The position numbers were made by a program, and so were the translations under genes. Below the pieces are notes generated by a model, which was not told the origin of the DNA, searched no databases, and was given only the letters and a program-made list of their open reading frames with translations. Positions 46,039-56,347 of a DNA stretch of 64,000 bases are shown piece by piece; within the stretch, counting starts at the first letter, position 1; each line of letters opens with the position of its first letter. This DNA is from Podarcis muralis (lineage: Eukaryota): contig NC_135658.1 in assembly GCF_964188315.1 (NCBI RefSeq), positions 3,472,001 through 3,536,000 on the forward strand. Direction: 5' to 3'.

Positions 46039-47186
46039 TGATACGGAAGGAGGAAGGGGGGGGGGCAACCATTTCCCTCCATCGCTACCTGAAGGGGCCC
46101 GAGGCGATGACCTCGACAGTGCCCAATCCTCCCTGGAACCCTCAGCCCCCACATCGTTGCACAAGCACCACACTATACCCCTGCCTTACTAATAAAAGGC
46201 TCTTTCCTGTCTCAATCTCTTCCTATGCCTCCCTCTTGCCCTATTCCTAAAGCGAGTTGACCGTATCATACTACTTCCCCATTCAAAGTACTGAGCTGCG
46301 CCTTAGCCAATCACAGCCGTGCATTCATCCTGCAAGAACTAGCTCAGGCAGCTCAGCGAGCTCTTGCACGCCTCATTAAACCTGCTGACAAGCTACTGAC
46401 GGCCCCCCGCAGCGAGAACAATGGAACCGAAGCTTCTGATCTCCTAATCCAATCAGGACCTTGCTACAATGTATCCGTTTTGCTCGTAAACCTGTCAAAA
46501 CCTTGTTACAATGTATCTAACTTTGACCGAGGCTACGGAACAGGTTGGAAACCTTCAGAACCTTTCGAAAATCATATAAAATCAACCATAGCTCCGATTT
46601 CCTTGCTTTCGGTGTCATTCAACTCAGCTCCCTTTGGACTCCATGATGACACCCTGACCTCCATAATCCCTCAAGCGGCAGGGCACGTACACAGGAACTT
46701 CTTAATCCTGTCAGATCGTCCTGCCTAACCCTTCCTCCGGGCAATACCAGGTGGCAGACGATGCATATCACTGTCCCTTTGTCCAGCCACCACCGGTACT
46801 CAAGAAATGTTTACTTATGTATATCCCTCACTCTGCACATTTCCCCTCCCTTGTCTCAAATGCTAATCAGTGTAACCCCACCTCTCTGTAAATATATTCA
46901 TGACGTGTGTAAAATATTCATGATGTAATTTCTGAAACCCAACCTTCCCATAATGTATTCGTGACGTTTTCATGCACTGTATTCTGGGACGTGGAGGGAA
47001 CTTTTAAAAGTCTATGTCACCCCATTCTCGGGGTTCAATCTCGTCTTGAACCTGTTGCGCAATAAACTCGGATCTCCGCATCTTGCTCCTGTTTCCGGCT
47101 GAGCTTATTTTCTCCGCTAGGACCCGCGGACTCAGTCCGACGCACCGGGTGGCTTGGAATTCCACACCCGGGATTTTTCCGTAACA
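46039..47186 (+). repeat. ERV2 5' LTR (1148 bp)
   Basis: TGATACGGA...TCCGTAACA; TATA-like at 47002; AATAAA at 47061. Confidence 0.97.
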
Positions 47187-47188
47187 TT

Positions 47189-47206
47189 TGGCGCCCGAGC
47201 AGGGAC
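47189..47206 (+). promoter_or_regulatory. Primer-binding site, tRNA-Lys3-like
   Basis: TGGCGCCCGAGCAGGGAC, 17/18 match to TGGCGCCCGAACAGGGAC. Confidence 0.85.
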
Positions 47207-48150
47207 GAGCGGTTCTCCCGTGTTGCTGACCGGGGGCCCCGAAATCTTCTGCCGGCTCCGGGCCATTTTGCCCGGGAAGACCCTCTGGACCTCCAGCCAT
47301 CTTCCGGGCGGTAATCAAACGTCCCAGGAGTTCAGCCGGGGAGCAAAGGGACATCCAGCCGGCTTCCTCGATCCCGGGATCTACACAGAAGACGCGTGAG
47401 TATAGGAAACCCAGTGCACTGGTGGAAAAGGGGGGTGGAAGTCTCCTGGCAACTGAATTCTCTGCCCTCCTCTCTATCGCTCTTTCTCGCCTGTCCCTTG
47501 GTCCAAGTGCTGAGAGAGACCGTGGACTGCCGCTCGGCCCGAAAGGGGGGCTCTGAGCTCTATCTCTTTCTCTCAAATTCTCCAGTCAGCCGCACCAACC
47601 GAGAGTCCGAGAATAAGACGGAGAGACCCGGCTTGAAAAGACAGCCGACTCCCTGCAACGGGCATCTCGGTTGAAAGCAAGGGATTGGAGCTCTTCTTCC
47701 GAACTTCCCGAGCGCCCTTACGGAGGGGGCAGGAAGGGGTCTTGCTTTCCTATCAATTAATCCCAGCCGCACCGGTCGGGCCACGTAACACGTGTATCGT
47801 GCGTGAGCCCGCTTCCGATAGCAAGGGGGATTTTCCGTCCGAAACTCTATCAAGGGATCACCCGATCTGGCACCGCACGGCGCGGGCGTTCAGTAGGGTC
47901 CCTCTTCCGAGATTTAACGATAGGTAGGAGGTTGCCAGGAGGGGAACCCGAGGAGAGTTGGGTGGGACTTGGCAGAGTGGAGAGGAACCCCTGAGAAGTT
48001 GAAGAGTAGGAAAGGAAGGAATAGAGAATAGGCAAGAAGAGCTCTCTAAAAAACCCGCTAAGAAGTTGCTAAGCAGCGAAACCCTCCCCTAAGCCCACAC
48101 CCCCTAACGATCCCTTCTCCCCTCTCTTTACCTAGACACGCGTGAATAAA

Positions 48151-50097
48151 ATGGGTACCCAAGCCTCCAAACACGAGCGGGCTCGCTCCGGGAGGAAGGC
48201 TTCTAGGAAGCCATCCGAGTCCCAGAGAGACCCCGACTCCCCTCTTGAGTTCGTCATCTCTTACTGGAAATCTATTCCCGGGCACAAATTGTTATCGAGA
48301 CAAAAATTAGAAGATCTCTGTACACGCACCTGGCCCACTGGAACTGCCTCCGCAAAACCAGAGCTACAGTGGCCAAAGGGGGGCTCTTTTAATGAAGAGC
48401 GCCTACAATACCTTAAGAAGTACCTGATGGAAGAAAAACCCCGCCAATTAGAATACCTAGCCACATTTGAGACGGTCAGAGGACTGCTCCAAGCCACTAA
48501 AAGAGCCACGACCTACCAACTACCTATCTTAAATCATGGAAGGTCGCCCCCGCCCCCTCCATACGAAGGACACCCAGGGGATGACTCCATGGAACAAACG
48601 CTCATTCCATTCTACTATGGGCCAACTATTCCACCCACCCTTAGAGAGGACTCAGACAGCGATGAGAACGTAGAAGACCAAGGGGCGCGTGGGGGCGCGA
48701 GCCCGCGGTTAACGAGGCAGCGAGCCAGAGTAATACAAAGCGCCACCTTAGAGAGCTCTGATCTCCTGTCCTTGAGGCAGCGAGCCAAAGAAATACTAGA
48801 GGCCACTTCCAGACACCCTAGCCTCCTTGAAAAATCTAAAGAGAACCCTGAAAAATCTCAAGAGGTCCCAGAGACATCCAAGCAAGCGGATTCAAATCAG
48901 GCAGACTCCGCAGCAGTCCAGATGCCCTTAAGGGCCCTGCCGATCCCACCCCTACGGCCAGATGGACCCCCTCGAATGGTGTATACCCACCAGCCTTTCT
49001 ATACGGCTGACCTGGTAAATTGGTCAAATCAAATGCCATCATTAAGAGACGATCCGGATAAATGCCACCGTCAGGTCAGCGCCATTTTTTCGACCCATAA
49101 CCCGACCTGGCCAGACGTTCACGTTCTCTTAAACGCCCTCTTCAACGAGGCCGAGAAGGCAGATATTCTGGCAAAGGCAGGAGAGGCAATCGAACTCCCC
49201 AACTACCAGACAGGACGCCCACAAGGGTTAGAGCCGCTCACAGCTCAATGCTTACGCACCGAGCCGACGTGGGATTACAATACTACCAACGGCATCTGGT
49301 ATCTGAACTTATTCAAACGGGCAATCCTAGACGGCATTAAGGCCGCTGGACAACGTACTGTCAACTGGACGAAGGTCCAGTCCGTGTTGCAAGGGGCAAA
49401 CGAACACCCATCTGATTACTATACCAGGCTAGTCTCAGCCATCAAGACATGGGGGGGAATCGACCCCGAAAACCCCCAACACGAAGTCATAGTCAAAGGC
49501 TTCTTTAAAGACCAAGCCTGCCCCGATATAAGGAAGGCCCTGAACTTACAAATAGGGTATGATGGCAAAAGTATCAGTGAAATCCTCTCAATCGCCAAAT
49601 CTGTATATAATTCACGGGATGAGAGGAAGAAAAGGGACCCCAAACCTGAAACCGAACAGATCCTTGCCCTGAGTATGGACTTAAACTCCGGAAGGGGCAG
49701 GGGTTTTAGCCGAGGAAAGGGAATCCGAGGAGGAGGACCTCCCCATTCCCTTAGATCATGGGGACCAGCCACTGGAGCCTGTTATTACTGTCAGGAAGAG
49801 GGACACATAAGAAGATTCTGCCCCTACCTCAATAATATAACTTATGGAGCGCCGCATCCAAACCCAACTTACGCATACGGGAACCAACCACCCATCCTTC
49901 ATAACCCTCAACCAGCCACGACCACATATAAACCCCAACCGCCTCCGAGTGCATCTACCCAGAACCAAAGACCTCCACCAGGACCAAGGACCCAGATGCC
50001 CGCTATAACGCCGTCCACCCACCCGTGGACTAACGCCACGGCACCTCCCTTGCACCCACCTAACCAACCCTTTCCTGATGACCAAGAAACCTATTGA
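48151..50097 (+). CDS. gag: Gag polyprotein, intact
   Basis: MGTQAS myristoylation signal; PPPY late domain; MHR-like QGANEHPSDYYTRL; single CCHC knuckle CYYCQEEGHIRRFC. Confidence 0.97.
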   Translation: MGTQASKHERARSGRKASRKPSESQRDPDSPLEFVISYWKSIPGHKLLSRQKLEDLCTRTWPTGTASAKPELQWPKGGSFNEERLQYLKKYLMEEKPRQLEYLATFETVRGLLQATKRATTYQLPILNHGRSPPPPPYEGHPGDDSMEQTLIPFYYGPTIPPTLREDSDSDENVEDQGARGGASPRLTRQRARVIQSATLESSDLLSLRQRAKEILEATSRHPSLLEKSKENPEKSQEVPETSKQADSNQADSAAVQMPLRALPIPPLRPDGPPRMVYTHQPFYTADLVNWSNQMPSLRDDPDKCHRQVSAIFSTHNPTWPDVHVLLNALFNEAEKADILAKAGEAIELPNYQTGRPQGLEPLTAQCLRTEPTWDYNTTNGIWYLNLFKRAILDGIKAAGQRTVNWTKVQSVLQGANEHPSDYYTRLVSAIKTWGGIDPENPQHEVIVKGFFKDQACPDIRKALNLQIGYDGKSISEILSIAKSVYNSRDERKKRDPKPETEQILALSMDLNSGRGRGFSRGKGIRGGGPPHSLRSWGPATGACYYCQEEGHIRRFCPYLNNITYGAPHPNPTYAYGNQPPILHNPQPATTTYKPQPPPSASTQNQRPPPGPRTQMPAITPSTHPWTNATAPPLHPPNQPFPDDQETY

Positions 50098-50556
50098 CAA
50101 TTAGGAGGGGATCCCAACCAAACCCTAACCATCTGTCCAGTCCTTACGTTATCCTCTGAAGACCCATTTTGCACGATAGAGATCGATGGCCACCCGTATC
50201 AATGTCTATTGGACACAGGAGCCACATACTCTACTTTAACCGATAGCCACCTGAAGCCGGGTCCGGAGACTAGAAAAGTTATGGGTCTGGATGGGATACC
50301 CCGCACTTGCCCACTATCACGTCCTTCCAAGGTTACCCTCGGACCGCTACTGGCCGAGCATACCTTCCTTCTAACTAGCAGCCCGGTAAACCTTTTGGGA
50401 AGGGACCTGCTTTGCAAACTGAACGCTACCATTAAATGTACCAAGGAAGGCATCTACCTACACATGCCCGAAGAATCCATCCCATCCTTCCAAGGAATAG
50501 TTGAGGAGGAAAAGACAGATAGACAATTCCCAAACCTACCCCCGGAATTGGAATGA
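50098..50556 (+). CDS. pro: Aspartic protease, in frame with gag (expressed by stop readthrough)
   Basis: LLDTGATYS active site; NLLGRDLL motif; frame open from the gag stop to a TGA at 50554. Confidence 0.92.
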   Translation, partial: QLGGDPNQTLTICPVLTLSSEDPFCTIEIDGHPYQCLLDTGATYSTLTDSHLKPGPETRKVMGLDGIPRTCPLSRPSKVTLGPLLAEHTFLLTSSPVNLLGRDLLCKLNATIKCTKEGIYLHMPEESIPSFQGIVEEEKTDRQFPNLPPELE

Positions 50557-53500
50557 GATTTGCCCTCCTCTTTATGGGGCACCGAATCGACCTCAGTGGG
50601 TCTCTTATTATCAGCGACCCCAGTGAAAATTACCTACAGGACTGACTTACCTTTTCCCTGCACAAAACAATATCCCTTACCCAAAGAAGCTATCGAGGGG
50701 TTAACTCCTATGATCGAAGACTTCCTCGAGAAGGGAATCCTAGTCCCTTGCGCATCCCCATGTAACACCCCAGTGCTCCCAGTAAAGAAACCATCGGCAG
50801 AGGGGGCACCAGTTAGATATCGTTTTGTGCAAGACTTGAGACTCGTGAACCAATTTGTCATACCTCGACATCCAGTAGTGGGCAACCCGAATTCTTTACT
50901 GAACGCCATACCCGCAGAGACTAAGTGGTACACCGCTGCGGACCTCTGTTCCGCCTTCTTTAGCATACCCCTAGACCCGGACAGCCAATTTCTCTTCGCC
51001 TTCACCTGGGGACCTAGTCAGCTCACCTGGACTAGATTGCCCCAGGGTTACGTAGAATCGCCCGCCATCTTTTCGGCCATCCTACACCAAGATTTACAAG
51101 ACATAAATCTCCCAGCTGGCTCCGCCCTTTTACTCTACGTAGATGACCTTCTCCTCTGCTCCATTAGCGAGGAAGCATGTAAAACGGACACTAAGCATCT
51201 CCTAACAGAACTGGCTAGAAAAGGACATAAGGTGTCGCCAAAGAAACTACAGTATTGCAAACAAGAAGTTAAATACCTCGGGCACATCCTAGGAATAGGC
51301 ACCCGAAGCTTGGCAACAGACAGGATAGAGGCGGTCACTAAAATTCCCCTTCCCAAGACTAAGAGACAATTACGGGGATTCTTAGGGATGGCTGGCTTCT
51401 GCAGAGCATGGATTGCGGGTTACAGCGAGATCACTAAGCCCCTGTCGGCTATGACCCGTCAAGACCACCCAGACACTCTAGTTTGGGAGGAAGAGGCATA
51501 CAAGTCCTTTGAACGACTGAAACAAGAACTGAGATCTGCCCCCGCCCTAGGCTTACCTGACTACAGAATTCCTTTCAACTTGTTCGTCCACGAGCAAATG
51601 GGGGTGGCTTCGGGGGTGTTAACTCAGCCTTTCCGAGACCAGGAGAGGCCTGTGGCATACTACAGTCTTCAACTAGACACAACCGCAAAGGGGGCGGTAA
51701 GCTGCCTACGAGCTATAGCCGCCGCAGCAATCCTCCTGGAGAAGGCTCAAGAGACAGTTCTGGGGCACGAAATCACTATCCATGTGCCCCATTCCGTCTC
51801 TACCCTATTAACATTAAAGGGGTGCCATCACTTTTCCAACTCCAGACTAAATAGGTACGAGGCCGTCCTGCTAACACCATCAAATGTCACCATCAAGCGA
51901 GTTAACTCCCTCAACCCAGCCACCCTTCTTCCCCTCCCTAATGACGGGACCCCGCACCATGACTGCGCCACCATAGTCCGGCAAGCCGAAAAGCCCAGGG
52001 AAGACCTGGACCACCTACCTTTAGACAACCCAGATATAATACTCTACACAGACGGCAGCTCTAAGGTTGTCGAAGGGGAAAGGAAAACAGGGTACGCTGT
52101 GGTCACTGATTTTGAAGTCGTAGAAGCCAATCCAATAAACCCGCAATACAGCGCCCAGGCTGCAGAGTTAATAGCGCTTATACGTGCCTGTGAGATATGT
52201 GAAAACAAACGAGTTACAATCTACACGGATAGCAAGTACTGTTTTGGATTGGTGCATACCACCGGCCAAATTTGGTTACAAAGAGGCTTCCTAACAGCTG
52301 CTGGTTCAAAAATTTCACACGCTGCCTTAGTAGAGAGACTCTTGACTGCCATTCACCTACCTACCGCGATCGCAGTCGTCCACTGTAAGGCTCACACTCG
52401 CGGTAGAGATCCAATTTCAAAGGGGAATAGACGAGCAGATAAAGCAGCCCAGTCAGCCGCACTCCGCCCCCCAAACAATGATTCGGAATTTCAAGCTCCA
52501 CAAATCCCGCTTAACATAGACACTACACAAATTTACGAGGAAGCACCCGAGGAAGAAAAGACCCTCTGGCGATCTGTGGGCGCAGTCCAACAAAATAACG
52601 TTTGGGTTCTCCCAGATGGCAGAACCGTCCTTCCAAAGGCATGGGTTCCAAAATTGGTGAGGGTCCTTCATCAACAAACCCACTGGGGAAAAGGGAGACT
52701 GATAGAACACGTAAAAAGATCCTGGTACGCTCCTGGACTTGCGGTCGCAGCCACAACAGCATCGAAGAACTGCGTTACCTGCAACTCTTATAACCCCAAA
52801 CGACAACCCAGAACGCCACCAGGGGCTAGACTGTGGGCATTTGTTCCATTCGAGAGCCTACAGCTGGACTTTATCGACCTACCGCTCTGCCAAGGGTTTA
52901 AACATGCGCTGATCATAGTGGATAAGCTCTCCTCCTGGGTAGAAGGATTCCCTTGTAGAAAACCCACTGCCTCTGTAGTGGCCAGAGCCCTCCTACAGGA
53001 CATTATCCCTCGGTTCGGAGTGCCCCGTCGCCTAGATAGCGACAGAGGAACACACTTCACGGCTCAAATAGTACAACTAGTGGCCAAAGCCTTACGAATA
53101 AAATGGGATCTCCATACTCCCTACCACCCACAATCTTCAGGCCAGGTAGAACGAATGAATCAGGAAATTAAAACCCAGTTAGGAAAACTCTGTAGACTCA
53201 CTGGACTGAAATGGGTGAATGCACTCCCGTTGGTCCTTCATAATATACGGAGCGCACCGACTGGACCATTGAAGTTGTCCCCCTACGAACTTTTATTTGG
53301 GAGACCTCCCCCCGTCTATAACACTCAGTTCCCACTCTCAGAACTTGAACTGGGAGAAGCGGAACTTACTAACTATGTCATTCAGCTCCAGACACAGCTA
53401 CAACGACTCCACCAGTACGCGGCCGTCGAAGGACAAAGTCTACCCATCGACGTGCAAGCCCACTCCTTCAACCCAGGCGACTGGATCCTCGTCAAAGTCT

Positions 53501-54003
53501 ATCAGAAGGAACCCCTCCAACCCGCGTGGGAGGGCCCCTACCAGATACTCCTGACGTCACCAACCGCCGTAAAGTTAGGTGAGAAGAATTCGTGGATCCA
53601 TCACACGAGGTGTAAGTCCTCACCCCCCCCTCAAGAAGCCGAGGAAGACATCGGGGAGGACTTCACCTTTTCAACTCCACCCACCCCACCAACTTCGTAC
53701 ATTGACGACGACGACGCCCAACAGACCGGACCAGACCGGGGCCAGAATCGGGCCCAACAGACCGGACCAGATCGGGGCCAGAATCGGGCCCAACAGACCG
53801 GACCAGATCGGGGTCAGAATCGGGCCCAGCAGACCGGACCAGATCGGGGCCAGAGTCGGGCCCAACAGACCGGACCAGATCGGGGCCAGAATCGGGCCCA
53901 ACAGACCGGACCGGAGCCCACCTCAACCAACTGGACATCCGAGATCATCCCCGATCCCAATACCATCCGAATACGCTTGAAACGCACTGACAGCGCGCTT
54001 TGA
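50557..54003 (+). CDS. pol: RT-RNase H-integrase, same frame, downstream of a second in-frame TGA
   Basis: CNTPVLPVKK, QDLRLVN, DLCSAFFSIP, LPQGY, LYVDDLL, YTDGSS, DDE integrase, GPY. Confidence 0.95.
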   Translation, partial: DLPSSLWGTESTSVGLLLSATPVKITYRTDLPFPCTKQYPLPKEAIEGLTPMIEDFLEKGILVPCASPCNTPVLPVKKPSAEGAPVRYRFVQDLRLVNQFVIPRHPVVGNPNSLLNAIPAETKWYTAADLCSAFFSIPLDPDSQFLFAFTWGPSQLTWTRLPQGYVESPAIFSAILHQDLQDINLPAGSALLLYVDDLLLCSISEEACKTDTKHLLTELARKGHKVSPKKLQYCKQEVKYLGHILGIGTRSLATDRIEAVTKIPLPKTKRQLRGFLGMAGFCRAWIAGYSEITKPLSAMTRQDHPDTLVWEEEAYKSFERLKQELRSAPALGLPDYRIPFNLFVHEQMGVASGVLTQPFRDQERPVAYYSLQLDTTAKGAVSCLRAIAAAAILLEKAQETVLGHEITIHVPHSVSTLLTLKGCHHFSNSRLNRYEAVLLTPSNVTIKRVNSLNPATLLPLPNDGTPHHDCATIVRQAEKPREDLDHLPLDNPDIILYTDGSSKVVEGERKTGYAVVTDFEVVEANPINPQYSAQAAELIALIRACEICENKRVTIYTDSKYCFGLVHTTGQIWLQRGFLTAAGSKISHAALVERLLTAIHLPTAIAVVHCKAHTRGRDPISKGNRRADKAAQSAALRPPNNDSEFQAPQIPLNIDTTQIYEEAPEEEKTLWRSVGAVQQNNVWVLPDGRTVLPKAWVPKLVRVLHQQTHWGKGRLIEHVKRSWYAPGLAVAATTASKNCVTCNSYNPKRQPRTPPGARLWAFVPFESLQLDFIDLPLCQGFKHALIIVDKLSSWVEGFPCRKPTASVVARALLQDIIPRFGVPRRLDSDRGTHFTAQIVQLVAKALRIKWDLHTPYHPQSSGQVERMNQEIKTQLGKLCRLTGLKWVNALPLVLHNIRSAPTGPLKLSPYELLFGRPPPVYNTQFPLSELELGEAELTNYVIQLQTQLQRLHQYAAVEGQSLPIDVQAHSFNPGDWILVKVYQKEPLQPAWEGPYQILLTSPTAVKLGEKNSWIHHTRCKSSPPPQEAEEDIGEDFTFSTPPTPPTSYIDDDDAQQTGPDRGQNRAQQTGPDRGQNRAQQTGPDRGQNRAQQTGPDRGQSRAQQTGPDRGQNRAQQTGPEPTSTNWTSEIIPDPNTIRIRLKRTDSAL
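53719..53913 (+). repeat. 36-bp in-frame tandem repeat in the integrase tail (QQTGPDRGQNRA x5 plus a partial copy)
   Basis: Read directly. Confidence 0.96.
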
Positions 54004-54185
54004 CAGCTCCGCGCGCTTTGACAGCCTCCTTGACAGCTCCACTGACAGCGCGCTTTGACAGCTTCCTTGACAGCCCCACTGACAGCGCGCTTTGACAGCT
54101 TCCTTGACAGCTCCACTGACAGCGCGCTTTGACAGCTCCTTTGACAGCTCCACTGACAGCGCGCTTTGACAGCTTCTTTGACAGT
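53988..54185 (+). repeat. TGACAG array (16 copies at 12-13 nt spacing, higher-order unit about 37 bp)
   Basis: Counted by eye; includes the pol stop codon at 54001. Confidence 0.93.
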
Positions 54186-54232
54186 TCTTCTAACAGCACA
54201 TTCCCACGGCCTTCCGACCTCCTTATTCTCCA

Positions 54233-56281
54233 ATGCTTTGCCTTTCCCGGACTCTAACCATGAACTTCTTCATTTTCCTTGCCTACCAGACTTTGACCTA
54301 CTCCTCAGCCATGCCAACTGATCATTGCACCGGCTTACCCACGGATTACCACTTCCTGGACTATCACCGACTCGAGACGGGTGGGAAGTCGAACCCGGAC
54401 CGAATGGGGGACTTTGACTTTTGCCTCCCCGAGTCCCGGACATTACTACGACATTCCCTCGTACCCCAGCTAACTGACAACGAGTACTGGGAACTTTTCA
54501 TCCGAGACCAAACCCTACACCGAATTGGGTCAGCCGCAGTCACCCTCGACCATTCCTACTACCGCCTCACCTGCAAGAACGGGACCCATTTCCTATTCGG
54601 CAACGGGGAACTCTTGAGGAGCCCAAATTGGACCGAAATCGAGAAAGGGGGGGCCGCACCAGCCTACACTGACGCAACGAGCCCCTCCGACAACCTGATT
54701 TTCGGGTTCCAATGTCTCCTCATGACCCCGGAGCTCCGAAAGCCGCAACTACAAGGACTTTGTCTAAGAAAATTTTGCTGCCTTTGGAACCTCGGAATTA
54801 CCCACGATTGGAGAGGAGCAGAATACCTTGAGGGCTGGTACCATCCAGCACATCCCTCACGCTCCCCCACGTGGGATAACGTTGGACCTTTACGATGTGG
54901 GGGCATAGCCAAAGACAGGCGCCTCTTAAATACCACCGACCCCCTTCATCCCCTCGGCACGGCACCACGAAAACTCGGCGCTGACCCTTCCTCCCCAGGA
55001 GAGGATCTCCTTTCCTCCTGGGAACAGAACTCTTACATTAAGCTCCTCGGCCAGGTGGCCAAGGAGGCACCCTACCCGGAATGCTGGATCTGCGCCCATG
55101 CTCCCAGCCACCTCCAACAGAGCCTTCCCCTTGTTCCGGTCCCGGTCACCATAGAACAGTTCCGGTCAGGGGACGTCGCCTCCTGGAATCTGACTGCGTT
55201 GAACTTGACCCACCAATACCTTTACCTCACCGGTCCGACAAAGGGTCCGCTTTGCCGCACCTTCACCGGGGAAGGCACCTTCATCGGCTCCAGCACCTGT
55301 ACGTCCGATTTAGAGCTTTTATCCACCGGCCATGTCACCATCACGGACATGACGGGATCCCGGACCTTTCCAAACCTTACCCTTGCTTGGGCCACGGTCA
55401 TCGGCCACCCTCCAACCTGGCAGCCCCAACCCACCGACGCCATGTTACTGCAAGCCTTCGCCTCAGGAAGAATGGAGTCATACCTCAGTGGCTTGTTCTG
55501 GGTATGCGGTCATCGTGCATATACCTGGGTGAGCCCCCATATGTCCGGGTCCTGTTTCGTCGGGTACATCGTTCCCGGCATAAGGATAGTACCACACCTG
55601 CCCCCTGGGAGACAGAGGAATAAACGGGAAGAAAAACAACTGTCTGACTTATCCAATGTTGCTGCCAACGGAGAGACCGTGGGTCGAGCACTCTTTCCTG
55701 CCTACGGGGCAGGATCCAACCACGTCGACATCCTCCGGCTCACCGATATCCTCCTCAAGTTCATGCAGGAGGCCACCGAGATCACAGACTCCCTGATGTC
55801 GGAACTGTCTGAGGTGAGACAGCTGAGTTTACAGACGAGGATCGCTACGGACTTTCTACTGTCCAGCCAAGGAGGAACGTGCGCTTTAATAGGTACCGAG
55901 TGTTGCACCTACGTAACGGACCAGTCTCTGAACATTACGGGACACTTGAATAACATCCATGAGTTAGCAGGGAGGTTACATGACATACAACACGAGGGAC
56001 TGTCTGACGTTGACTTGTGGGGATGGTTACCAAAGCTAGGGTGGCTCCGACAATTGATTAAGGTCATATTACTCACAACTCTTACCGTTGCCTTTTGCAT
56101 TTCTGTCCTCTGCTGTGCCATACATTGTGTCTCCCCTTGCTGCTCTCTCCTCCGCTTCCCGACTCAATCTGCTCCTTTTCCCCTTCGAGCCTATTCCCGC
56201 TCCCATAACGCTCCGGTCTTCCCCGAATACGTGCAAATGAGACACCTGGGGGAAGGGGAGTACGAAATCACAGGGGTATAG
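54233..56281 (+). CDS. env: Envelope glycoprotein, intact (alternative start ATG at 54260)
   Basis: CWIC, RQRNKR, ISD, CX6CC, TM helix, YVQM; close homolog of the ERV1 env. Confidence 0.96.
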   Translation: MLCLSRTLTMNFFIFLAYQTLTYSSAMPTDHCTGLPTDYHFLDYHRLETGGKSNPDRMGDFDFCLPESRTLLRHSLVPQLTDNEYWELFIRDQTLHRIGSAAVTLDHSYYRLTCKNGTHFLFGNGELLRSPNWTEIEKGGAAPAYTDATSPSDNLIFGFQCLLMTPELRKPQLQGLCLRKFCCLWNLGITHDWRGAEYLEGWYHPAHPSRSPTWDNVGPLRCGGIAKDRRLLNTTDPLHPLGTAPRKLGADPSSPGEDLLSSWEQNSYIKLLGQVAKEAPYPECWICAHAPSHLQQSLPLVPVPVTIEQFRSGDVASWNLTALNLTHQYLYLTGPTKGPLCRTFTGEGTFIGSSTCTSDLELLSTGHVTITDMTGSRTFPNLTLAWATVIGHPPTWQPQPTDAMLLQAFASGRMESYLSGLFWVCGHRAYTWVSPHMSGSCFVGYIVPGIRIVPHLPPGRQRNKREEKQLSDLSNVAANGETVGRALFPAYGAGSNHVDILRLTDILLKFMQEATEITDSLMSELSEVRQLSLQTRIATDFLLSSQGGTCALIGTECCTYVTDQSLNITGHLNNIHELAGRLHDIQHEGLSDVDLWGWLPKLGWLRQLIKVILLTTLTVAFCISVLCCAIHCVSPCCSLLRFPTQSAPFPLRAYSRSHNAPVFPEYVQMRHLGEGEYEITGV

Positions 56282-56286
56282 GGTGC

Positions 56287-56336
56287 GGAGAAAGGATTTG
56301 CAAGTTCTAACAGAACTTTAATGCAAATCTATCTCC
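56287..56336 (+). other. Predicted stem-loop upstream of the PPT (ERV2)
   Basis: Same arms as in ERV1, different loop. Confidence 0.6.
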
Positions 56337-56347
56337 GAATGGGGGAC

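Noticed and set aside
47004-47576. 190-aa minus-strand ORF over U5, PBS and leader
   Set aside because: TTG start, GC-rich leader, no recognisable domain.
47207-48150. Glyco-Gag-type upstream extension of gag
   Set aside because: An in-frame TAG at 48133-48135 closes the frame just upstream of the gag ATG.
53719-54185. CRISPR-like repeat arrays
   Set aside because: Head-to-tail tandem repeats without unique spacers, in a eukaryotic retroviral context with no cas genes.
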